From the NCBI RefSeq assembly GCF_028641065.1, contig NC_073383.1:59706001-59770000 (forward strand): a stretch of DNA of 64,000 nucleotides. Direction: 5' to 3'. Below, one piece after another: positions 24,587 to 35,346 of this stretch; within the stretch, counting starts at the first letter, position 1; every line of letters starts with the position of its first letter. The notes below the pieces were generated by a model that did no database searches, was not told where the DNA came from, and saw nothing but the letters and a program-made list of their open reading frames with translations. The translations under genes were made by a program, and so were the position numbers. This DNA is from Leucoraja erinacea. Lineage: Eukaryota.

Positions 24587-25852
24587 TCTATATTACTAAC
24601 AGTCTGTTTTTGACCGGTTTTGGCGATCTGTGCTGCGATTTCCGAGAGAACGCCGCCACCTACGACCGTCATTTTTGGCCACCTCGCTCAGAGCCCCCCT
24701 CCGCCGCATGTGTGCCGAGGATTTTTCCAGTCGATGAAAAATGACAGAGATATTAATGATTTTACAAAATTCCCCATTTTCTCTGCTGCCCCCGCTGGCG
24801 GCAGGGGGGATGGACTATAAAACCAGGAAGTGGTGTGCCTCAATTAGTCTGCAAGCTGGAGGAAGGCAGAGGGTCATGTTTCTCTGAGCTGTGAGTAACA
24901 CTGAACACATGTCCACACAACTGTGAGTAAGTACCCTCAATGTGGTTTGAAAATGAAAATATGGTTAAAGTAAAAAAGCACTGCCTGAAAATGGTTGTTT
25001 GGAGGGTTTGGGATGAAATAAAAAAGGCACACTCGCTCCCCCCCCCCCTCTCCTCCACCCCCCCCCCCCCCCCCATTCTCCTCCTCTCTCCCCCCCCCCC
25101 CCTTCTCCTCCTCTCCCCCCCCCTCCCCTCTCCCCTCCCCCCCTCCGCTCCCCCCCCCCCCTCCTCTCTCCCCCTCTCCTCCTCTCTCCTCCCCTCTCCT
25201 CTCTCCCCCCTCCTCTCCCCCCCCTGCTCTCCCCCCCCTCCTCCCCCCCCCTCCTCTCCCCCCTCTCCCCCCCCCCCCTCTCCCCCCCCCCCCTCTTCCC
25301 TCCTCCCCCCCCCTCTCCTCCCCCCCCTCTCCTCTCTCCCCCCTCTTTTTCTCCCCTCTCTTTCTCCATCCCCCTCCCTTTCCCCTCCCTCCCCTCAACC
25401 CCTCCCTCCCTCCCCTCCCTCCCCCCACCCCCTCCACCTCTCCCCCTCCCCACCTCTCCCCCTCCCCTCACCTCTCCCCCTCCCCCCCTCCCCTCTGCCC
25501 CCCTTCTTCCCCTCACCTCTCCCTCCTTCTCTCCCCCTCACTCTCACCCTCTCTCTCCTCCACCCCCACCATTCCCCTCTCACCCACCCTCCCTCTTCTC
25601 CTCCTCGCCTCCCCCCATCTCCCTCTTGCCCCTCTCTCTGTGTCCCTGCCCCTTCTCTCTCTGCCCTCACTCTCTACCCCCCCTCCCCCCCCTCTCTAGA
25701 TGTGACTGCAAGTTGGGGGCTATGCGTCAGTAGATAGGGTGGTTATTGGATAAAAGGAGCAAATTAAAAATATTAATATATCAAGCAGAGTAATTAGCGT
25801 GAGTGCGCGGGGGGGGTGGGATAGTTAGTCAACGAGTCTGCACTTGGTCTAG
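24587..25852 (+). mobile_element. Non-autonomous Helitron-like element
   Basis: A|TCTATATTACTAA start and CACTTGGTCTAG|T end, i.e. 5'-TC, 3'-CTAG, inserted between A and T with no TSD. Confidence 0.7.
25033..25697. repeat. Polypyrimidine/polypurine low-complexity tract
   Basis: About 660 bp of almost exclusively C/T on the + strand. Confidence 0.95.
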
Positions 25853-27114
25853 TATCGTATTAAAACTGTGTGTTAACCATTATATTTTAAATGAAAATTT
25901 ACTTTTCTACCAGTATTAATTTATCATATATGGCATCTGGTTATTAATTTATCATATATGGCATTATAAATGGATAATATATATTAATGATATATTAATT
26001 TTTCATTATATATTATCTATGTGTGTTATTTTTTCAGCAAATTCTTATGGTGTCATTGCCAGTTCAAATGTCAATTCAACATTTGACTCTTCATTAACAG
26101 TTTTGTACATCGTTTTTTTGCAAACTATTTATTTACTGCAAAGAGGATAAGATGAAAATATTATCATCTTAACGAGAAACTAACTGCCATCGTTTCTGAG
26201 GTTGAAGTTTGTCATTGACGGCACTATAGGTGTTACGAGATGTGAAAGGGAGAGTATAGAACATTCAAAATAGTGCACAATGTGCCGTGGCTATTATGTT
26301 AAGAATTCTGCGCTGCAAACAGATAGTATTTCTACAATTGTGGGCAGATTCCACCTGAATAGGTTTTGTCCACCAATGCTTGTAATGCAAAGTATTAGTT
26401 AAGATTGCTAGTTTTCTTGGTTTAAGAAGATAAATTATAGCACACAATAGACATTGGTTTTAAGTACAAAATCAATATTTATATAGAATTCTTGATGTAG
26501 CAGCATGCCCAAGGAGCACTTTGAAGTAAAATCTGATGCCATCCTTAATATAGTTACCCCAACTAACTTGCATAAATAACAAAATAGGATTTATAGTCAA
26601 AGACATAATCTCTTAGGAATAAACAGGTACCATGATAGTGGAAGATAACTTAATTCTGTAATACTTAGTGATAATGTAAATCAAGTAATTAAATGGGATT
26701 TACAATTAGCTTGCTAATTACAATTGGTGGGCCAGATTCAATGTTAAAATACCCTAATTATTGTATGCTGCCACATATTTCTAAGAATTATATAAAGGAA
26801 AGAAACATTGCCATATTATATTCAGACAGTAATTTATTTGCAAACATTTGTGACCAAGTAGCAGCATTTTGAATCGGTACTATTGACTTAATTGGTCCAG
26901 CAGGATATATGACCCAATGTTTCTGGGTGCTAGCGGGAATGGAAAAATGTATTTGTGCCCCCGATGATCTATAGTGCCTGTGGGTTTCCTTGCAGCAATT
27001 TGATTCAAGATTAAGTTCTGGGAATATCTACATTTTCCTTTTTGTAAAATTCATTTTCATTGCACCAAACATAGAGAGAAAAAAAGGAATATGAACATAT
27101 CTCCCTGCATATTT

Positions 27115-27304
27115 TTAAGAAGGAACTGCAGATGCTGGAAAATCGAAGGTAGACTAAAATGCTGGAGAAACTCAGCGGGTGAGGCAGCATCTATGGAGCG
27201 AAGGAAATAGGCGACGTTTCGGGTCGACTTTTGACCCAAAATGTCGCCTATTTCCTTTGCTCCGTAGATGCTGCCTCACCCGCTGAGCTTCTCCAGCATT
27301 TTTG
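27115..27304. mobile_element. Fold-back mini-Penelope element with 15-bp flanking duplication
   Basis: Near-perfect inverted repeat around gggtcgacttttgaccc. TCTCCCTGCATATTT occurs at 27100-27114 and 27305-27319. Confidence 0.8.
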
Positions 27305-27559
27305 TCTCCCTGCATATTTGAATCATCTATGTCATTTGTTTTCAAAATATCTTTCAGTTAATCCAGTTGTTAAAATATAACATCTATTTATTGATTTGAA
27401 TAAGATTTAAGTTACAAATGTAGGCACAATATCTGGATGCAATTATCTTGATCTTCCTTGTTGCAGCCCAATATTTGTTCCCATCAATTGGATTTCCCAT
27501 TGCCCCACATAGATGAACTCATCTATATCTGAATATACCATCTTATAAAAAGAGCTGAA

Positions 27560-27955
27560 GATAGACTGAAGAAGAGGTGAAAATAAATGCTGGAGTAAAT
27601 ATGCGGGACAGGCAGCATCTCTGAATAGAAGGAATGGGTGATGTTTTGGGTTGAGACCCATCTTCAGACTGAGAGTCAGGGGAGAGGGAGACCCAGAGCT
27701 AAGGAGATGTAAGGTGTGAAAATGAGATTTCAAAGGGGATGTAGATCCAAGGAAAAGGTAGAATAGATCATTGTTAGCTAGGAACAGGTGATAACAAAGC
27801 ATACAGACATAAAAATTAACCAGAGGGACAATCAAACTGGTCGGAGAACTAGGAAAGGGGAGGGATGGATAGAGACGGAAAGCAAGGGTTACCTGAAGTT
27901 AGAGAAGTCAATATTCATACAGCTGGGGTGTAAACTGCCCAAGCAAAATATGAGC
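27560..27955 (-). mobile_element. Penelope-like 3' fragment
   Basis: gctggagtaa..gacaggcagcatctc..gagacccatcttcagactg..gaagttagagaagtcaatattc. Confidence 0.75.
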
Positions 27956-27997
27956 TTGTCAGGATTGCAATACAGTACAATCTATGCCATCTCTATT

Positions 27998-28850
27998 TAG
28001 AATTAGAATTAGATTAGAATTAGATTCCTTTATTGTCATTCAGACCTTTCGGTCTGAACAAAATTATGTTGCCTGCAGTCATACACAGAACCAATAAAAA
28101 CAAAACATACAATAAACACAAATTAAACATCCACCACAGTGAGTTCACCAAGCACATCCTCACTGTGATGGAGGCAAAGTTTTAGTCTCCGTCTCTTCCC
28201 TCCGTGTTCTCCCTCTGCGCTGAAGCGATCGATCCAGGCCGGAGATGCCGCCCTCCAGTCCAGCAGACCTCCGTGGCGATGACGCCGCCACCGAAAGCCG
28301 GAACGCCGTCTCCGCTCCGAGACGGTCCGCCACAGCATCAGCTCCGGGCAGCCGCCCCAGCTACAGGCTGCCGCCCCAGCTCCAGGTCCCACAGTCTCCG
28401 CTCTGGGCAGCTGCCCGAGCTCTGGGCCACTGCCCCAGCTCCGGGTCCTGCAGTCTCGGCTCTGAGCCCTGCTGCATCAGCTCCAGGCCGCCGCCGAAAG
28501 CCAGAACGCCACACCTGCAAGTCGGGCCACCGCTGCCTCAGCCCCGAAGATGGCCAGCCTCTCATTGGTGAGTCTTGGCTGGCTCTGCCTCCGGAGCCTT
28601 GGGGTCAGTCGCAGGCTGGACGCCGCCAGCTGCGCTATTAGGCCTCAGCGCAGACGGAGGCAGAGAAGGGGGATACGACACAAAAAAGTTGCATTCCTCC
28701 GAAGGAAGAGACAGAGAATATGTTTCACCCCCCCCCCAACACAACCGAACAAATTAAAACTTAACCAAAACAAGACAAAAAAAACAACAGAAAAAAGTAA
28801 AGACAGACGGACTGCAGGCGACCCGCAGCTGTTAACAGCGCCGCCACTTT
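27998..28850 (-). mobile_element. GC-rich non-autonomous retroelement with Rex1-type 3' end (copy D)
   Basis: Minus strand: 5' AAGTGGCGGCGCTG, T-rich tract, G-run, GC body, stem TTCAGACC-GAAA-GGTCTGAA and a (TCTAAT)n tail. Confidence 0.7.
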
Positions 28851-29339
28851 AAGGCTATCTTGCTAACTGAGAACATTGATAGACTCCATTGGCAAGACAT
28901 GGCACAAAGTTTCCCATCTGTCAAAGCTTATTTAATGTTTCTGTAAGCCTGTGATATTCAGAATAATTTATGAGCAACTAAAGCTGAAGTAAACAATCAT
29001 TCTATTTTTTCAATATATTTGTTTTTGCAAGTTACAAAAAAAATGATCTAAAAATATCTGCATTACTTTCTCTAGGCAGTGAAATTTCAAGTGAAATGAA
29101 TAGGCTTGTGAACCTTGTGCCAGTTCCAACCCAATAAAATGTCCACTAGTAGATTACCCTGTGCAAGTACGGGCAAATCTCAGTACTGCTGCTGAACAAC
29201 AAGTTGAGTCTCTCAATGGAGATTAGGAGCAGATTTGCTGGCTGGAAGCAGTCAGCATTTTTGAAGCTTGGTTATGGTCTCTGCTGAAACCTGAGCTTAT
29301 TTGCATTTACACAGCAGCCTACCGCAGAATTGTCATCAC

Positions 29340-30660
29340 ACTTCTTCTTCGACATTCCCTCGTCGTCGATGATGACTTACTTCTACTCTAGTTTTGTGGG
29401 TTCTGAGATGGCTAATGAGACCAATGTGGGAAATACATTCTCTTCCACAATTGCAGCAGGCAGTAGGTGACAAGATATATGGTGATGCTTTTCTTTTGCT
29501 GCTTACCACAGGGCTTTAGCGAATTCCTGATGTACAACCTTGAAGTTCTCAAAGGAGCAAGTAGGTCCTTCTGCAGTTGTACAGGTCCCTAGTGAGACCA
29601 CACCTGGAGTATTGTGTGCAGTTTTTGTCTCCAAATTTGAGGAAGGACATTCTTATATACTCTGGAATTTAGAAGGATGAGAGAGGATTTTATTGAAACA
29701 TATAAGATTATTAAGGGTTTGGACACGCTAAAAGCACGAAACATGTTCCCGATGTTGGGGGAGTCCAGAACCAGGGGCCACAGTTTAAGAATAAGGGGTA
29801 AGCCATTTAGAACGGACATGAGGAAACATTTTTTCACACAGAGATTTGTGAGTCTCTGGAATTATCTGCCTCAGAGGCCGGTTCTCTGGATACTTTCAAG
29901 AGAGAGCTAGATAGGGCTCTAGAAGATTGCGGAGTCAGGGGACATGGAGAGAAGGCAGGAACGGGGTACTAATTATGGATGATCAGCCATGATCACATTG
30001 AATGGCGGTGCTGGATCGAAGGGCTGAATGGCCTACTCCTGCACCTGTTGTCTATTGTCACTAAGAGTGCTCCTTTAGCACTTGAGCAGTCATGGGAAAG
30101 AAGTTCCCAGGAAACACTGGGAATTTGAATTTTTTCAAGGAGACTTTAAGCACATTTAGTATTTACTTTTCCTTCTTTCAACGTGCTCTCTTCCCAAGAT
30201 TGAACTCTGAACAGAACGAAGTACAAAGTGCCGAATCATCTCTCGATGATCTGGTTGAGGAAGTAGCTGGATCATTTCAACTGGGGAACCTTCTTCAGAC
30301 AACACTTAGTGTTCCACTCCAACATCTGCTGTTCCTTGTCTCTCCACTTTGAGCACCAAGTCTGCTTTAAGAGTTTCAGCAGCATGAACAGATTCCGGAG
30401 GTCAAAATGCCAGTGATATTACTCTGGAAGAGGACAATGACATTGGTTGGCTTGTTCTGCCAGTGCATCTGGGAGATTTTGCTGAGACAGTGACGGTGGC
30501 AGTATGCCTTGAAATGCGTGCTGTTTATGTCACAGAAATATATAGGATCATGGCTGCCATCATCAATGACTTTCTTTGTTGAAAGTGGCTCCTGCGATAT
30601 GGAAAGTAGACCACTTTCCATTTCACAGTGAATCTTTGTCATTTGAGAGATGGATGGTAC
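29340..30660 (-). mobile_element. Fragmented RTE-like LINE interrupted by CR1 and a Penelope-derived piece
   Basis: RTE-like 3' end at about 29340-29550 and ..H..CL.KI.Q..WQ.K.TN..VL.. at 30376-30642. Confidence 0.5.
29560..30060 (+). mobile_element. CR1 3' region, internally deleted
   Basis: Peptides LVRPHLEYCVQF and ESRTRGHSLRIRGKPFRT.MRK.FFTQR, with a ctattgt tail. Confidence 0.9.
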
Positions 30661-30691
30661 AGTAAGAACAAATTATTAGAAGACATTGATC

Positions 30692-30990
30692 TTTTAGTTT
30701 AGAGATACAGCACAGACACAAGCCCCAAGTCTGCGTTGACCAGTGATCCCCGCACAATAATACTGTCCTACACACAATAGGGACAATTTACAAATTTACT
30801 GAAGCCAATTAAACCTACAAATCAGTATGTATTTGGAGTGTGGGAGAAAACCAGAACATCAGAAGAACACCCATGCAGGTCACAGGGAGAATGTACGAAC
30901 TCTGTACAGACAGCACTGATAGGCAGGATTAAACTGGGTCTCTGGCACTGTAAGGCAGCAACTCTACCGCTGCTCCACCCTGCCGCTCCC
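30692..30990 (-). mobile_element. V-SINE (HE1-like)
   Basis: tRNA-like head gcagcggtagagttgctgcc, V-domain and tail ctgtatctctaaactaaa on the minus strand. Confidence 0.8.
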
Positions 30991-32061
30991 TATTGCTCTT
31001 GCAAGTAGTCAACACAAGATCCATCCTGTCAAGTGTTTTAGTGAAAGCATTGATGATGGTTAGGGTCAAAGTGGGTCATTTATTACTACATGGAGGCTTT
31101 GAAAATAACCTTGAGTCATTTCCTCCGTCTGGTATGAAGCATGAAAATTGCATTTGTTCATGTGACAGCAATAGAACCAGACTTTAGTAGCAAAGTTCTA
31201 TGAAGATATTTAATACATGATACATTCAGCACACACAATTCTCTCAAAATATATTTCAGAAGAAATTATTTGCCTTTGTGCATGTTCATCTCATATATAC
31301 AATAACATTTGTAACCAAACTGTCCCCACATGGGTTGCCATTAGCCTTAAGAGGGAAAGATCAAATTTTATTGACAATCACTTCATGCTTGGTCATTGAC
31401 AACAAATGTCTCATAAGGTCTCATCGACACAATTGTTGTGCCTCAGGATTTCAATCCATTGACTTCATCAGAGTGAATTTCTGACCCAATTTACAATGTA
31501 ACGGCATGACCATATAGCACAGATGGTGCAATCAACTGTAAATGAATTTCTAGACAAATGTGCTCATTAAAACCAGACTTTCAGCAATTAATGTTAGATA
31601 TAAACAGTTTTAAAGATGAAGGTTATGCATTCAACGTTTGTGTCATGATTTACAAAGTTATCACCTTGTAAACATATTGACGGTAACTATTTCTTGGAAC
31701 AACATTAATTTTAATCTATTTACTCGGGCGCCGTACATTTCTGCTTCAAATGCATGTTTTACCTAAACTATCAAAATGATTGTTCTGGAATTGCCCATGG
31801 GCTCTTAGTTTTCTTCATTGGACATTGAGGGTCCAGCATAAATTCAGGTAAGTTCCTGTATATTCAGGGTAAGTTGCTTTAATAATTAAAAAGAACATCG
31901 CGGCACAGGTCGAAGATAATATTATGGGGGGATCATTCAGTGAGATCATAGGTGGGGCTGAGAAACTAAAAAGGAATGATCACCTGATTGGGATGCACGA
32001 TAGAGCCCCAAATGGTCACCCCGAATTAGAGGAACAGTTAGGTATGAGGTGTGGCATTATT

Positions 32062-32180
32062 TGTTTAGTTTAGTTTAGAGATACAGTGCAGAAACAGGCC
32101 CTTTGACTCACCGAAAAGCAATCCCCATACACTAGTTCTATCCCACAAACACTACCAAAGCCAATTAACCTGTAAACCCG
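32062..32180 (-). mobile_element. V-SINE 3' part
   Basis: tttagtttagtttagagatacagtgcagaaacaggccc. Confidence 0.7.
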
Positions 32181-32760
32181 TGTAGGAAGGACCTGCAGAT
32201 GCTGGTTTACACTTAAGTTAGACACAAGATGCAGGAGTAACTCAGTGGGACAGGCAGCATCTATAGAGATAAGGAATGGGTGACATTTCGGGTCAAGACC
32301 CATCTTCAGATTGAGAGTCAGAGGAGAGGGAAAAGAGATAGTGGAGGATTTCATCGAGAATGTAAGGTGTGAAAATGACAGATCAAAGCAGACGATGACC
32401 AAGGAAATGTAAAATGGTTCATTGTTGGCTGAGGGGAAGTTAACAACGAGGCATACAAACAGTAAAATTAATCAGGACAGTGAAACTGGTTGGAGAACCA
32501 GGGTGGGGGAGGGATGGAGAGAGGGAGAAAGCAAGGATTACTTGAAGTTAGAGAAAACAATACTCACACCACTGAGTTGTAAGCTGCCCAAGTGAAATAT
32601 GAGGTGCTCCAATTTGTGTTTGGCCTCATTCTGACAGTGGAGAAGGCTCAGGACAGAAAGGTCAGAAAAGGTGGCAGAGGTCAAAGAAAGTATTCAGCAA
32701 CCGGTAGATTGCGTAGGCCCAGGCAGACTGAGTGAAAGTGTTCGGCAACACGATCGCAGT
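32181..32760 (-). mobile_element. Penelope-like 3' fragment
   Basis: gtaggaaggacctgcagatgctgg terminus, hammerhead-like core at 32282-32309 and GIY-YIG C-terminal remnant. Confidence 0.75.
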
Positions 32761-33404
32761 CTGACTGTCAGAGTGGCGAACCACTGTGATCAGCTTTTGA
32801 AGGATGAGTATGCAACGTACTGAGGACTGAACCTGGGTCACTGGAGTGGCGAGGCAGCAGCTCCACTTGCAATACCACTAAACCAAGTTAAGAGGGTCTA
32901 CCCCAGGAATGGAGAGCCAGGTCAAAAATCAAAATGCTGGGGGAACTTGTTGAGTCAAGTATCAACAGTAGAGGCAATTTACAGGCAATTTTATCGGGTC
33001 AGGACCCTATTCAGACTTCTGTTTCTAGGTAGTAGGCCCAATCCAGCATTGTATATATATGTATAATTAATGAGTGAATTACTGTCACTATTCCTACCAC
33101 TTTCTGAAACATTATTTGGCCAAATAAATTAATAGCTGCATAGATTGAAACTAGTTGTTCAAAGTAGATTGCAACCTACTTAAGCAGATCGTAAAGATAA
33201 ATCATTCAAAGATGTTAATAAATTGTTCTGTAGGCTGTATAAATTTCCAAATTCAAGCTTAAAGGAGAATTATAGAAATTAATCAAAGTAGAACATTAAT
33301 CCATTGTATATTGTGAGAGTAAGAGCTGGCCTTAATATTTTTTAACGTATCTAAAAACTTTTACAATTGACTTATTTTAATACACCATGATAATGGCCAC
33401 AGCT

Positions 33405-33835
33405 GTATGAAGAGCTTGTGAAGTCTGGGACGTTCTTTGAAGCACAGGAGGCCAAGAGGTTATCTTAAGAGGTGTATAAAATAATGAGTGGGAGCATAGC
33501 TAGGGTCAATGCACAGAGTTTTTATTTCTCAAGTTCAGGGAAGGAAAAACTCAAGGGCATTGGTTGAAAGTGAGAGGAAAAATATTTAACAGGAACCCGA
33601 GGGGAAACATTTTGTACAGAATGTGGTGGGTAAATAGAATGAGCTGCCAGATGAAATATATGATACAGATATTATAACAACATTTAAAAGACATTTGGGC
33701 AAGTACATTGAGAGAAATGGTTAAGAGTTACATGTGCCATGCAGGCAACTGGTGCTAACTTGAAAGTGGCATCTTGGTTGACATGGATGAATCGAGTCAA
33801 ACAGCTTGGCTCCATGCCAGCTGACACTATGACAT
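33405..33835 (+). mobile_element. Old CR1 3' fragment
   Basis: gggcattggttgaaagtgagagg (GH.LKVRG), aatgagctgccag and ggcatcttggttgacatgga. Confidence 0.7.
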
Positions 33836-33957
33836 AAATATATTTGCGTTTTTAGTGATGAACAGTGACATTGGAGTGAAATAGGGTTTGTAATTTACAT
33901 TTGGGAAATAATGTGACATTAAGTTCCATGAAATTCTACTGTATCATTAGCTGGTTA

Positions 33958-33960
33958 TCT

Positions 33961-33993
<33 letters not shown>

Positions 33994-34016
33994 ATCTATC
34001 TATCTATCTATCTATC
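33958..34016. repeat. (TCTA)n microsatellite, left half
   Basis: Seen directly. Confidence 0.95.
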
Positions 34017-35287
34017 GTAGACAAAAATGCTGGAGAAACTCAGCATCTATGGAGCGAAGGAAATAGGCAATGTTTCAGGCTGAAACCCTTCTTCAGACTG
34101 ATGAGGGTTGGGGGGATGGGAAGAAGAAAGGAAGAGGAGGAGCCAGAGGGCTGAGGGAGAGCTGAGAAGGGGAGGAGACAGCAAGGGCTACCGGAAATTG
34201 CAGAAGTCAATGTTCAAGCCGCTGGGGTACCGACCGCTCAAGGTACTGATATGATGTGCTGCTACTCCAATTTCCGGTGGTGCTCACTCTGGCCATGGAG
34301 GAGGCCCAGGACAGAAAGGTCAGATTCGTAATGTGAGGGGGAGTTGAAGTGCTGAGCCACCGGGAGATCAGGTTGGTTAATGTGGACCGAGTGGAGGTGT
34401 TTTCTGTGAAACGATCGCCAAGCCTACGCTTGGTCTCACCGATGTAGATCAGCTGATATCTAGAGCAGCGGATGCAATAGATGAGGTTGGAAGAGGTGCA
34501 GGTGAATCTCTGTCGCACCTGGAATGACTGCTTGGGCCCTTGAATGGAGTCGAGGGGAGAGGTAAAGCGACACGTGTAGCATCTCCTGCGGTTGCAAGGG
34601 AAAGTGCCCGTGGAGGGGGTGGGAAGGGAATAATTGACCAGGGAGTTACGGAGGGAGCAGTCTTTGCGGCAAGCAGACGGGGGGAGATGGGAGGATGTGG
34701 CGAGTGGTGGGGTCACGTTGGAGTTGGCAAAAATGACGGAGGACTATTTGTTGTATGTGACGGCTAGTGGGGTGGAAGGAGAGGACCAGGGGGACTCTGC
34801 CCTTGTTCCGAGTGGGGGGGATGAGGAGCGAGAGCAGTGTTGCGGGGTATTGAAGAGACCCTCGTGAGAGCCTCATCTATGCTAGGGGAGGGGAACCCCC
34901 GTTCCATGAGGAATGAGGACATTTCCAATGCCCTGGTGTGGAACACCTCAACCTGGGAGCGGATGAGGCATAGATGGAGGAATTGGGAGTAGGGGATGGA
35001 GTCCTTACAGGAAGCAGGGTGGGAAGAAGTGTAGTCTAAATAGCCATGGGAGTCCGTGGGTTTATAGTGGATGTCGGTCAAAAGTCAGCGATGGAGGTAG
35101 TGATGTCAAGAAATGGTAGGGAAGTGTCGGAAATGGTCCAGGTGAAATTAGTGAGTTGTGTGTGGGTGCAGGCGGTAGTACCAATGCAATCGTCGATGTA
35201 GCGGAGGTAGAGGTTGGGGATGGGTCCCTGGTACGTCTCGAACAAGGTCTACCTTTGATTTTCCAGCATCTGCAGTTCCTTCTTGAA

Positions 35288-35288
<1 letters not shown>
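34017..35288 (-). mobile_element. Penelope-like element (RT thumb + GIY-YIG), truncated and frameshifted
   Basis: Peptides TDIHYKPTDSHGYLDYTSSHPASCKDSIPYSQFL and CNRRRCYTC..FTCTSSNLIYCIRC...YIGETKRRLGDRF. Inverted terminal extension at 35249-35288. Confidence 0.9.

Positions 35289-35345
<57 letters not shown>
35289..35345. repeat. (TCTA)n microsatellite, right half
   Basis: Seen directly. Confidence 0.95.

Positions 35346-35346
<1 letters not shown>

Noticed and set aside
24937-25737. Long Pro-rich and Gly/Arg/Glu-rich ORFs (up to 265 aa)
   Set aside because: They are translations of a C/T low-complexity tract that is open in several frames.
25914-25964. 28-bp-period tandem duplication (similar small ones at 9531-9561 and 16492-16540)
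   Set aside because: Common slippage events with no sign of function.
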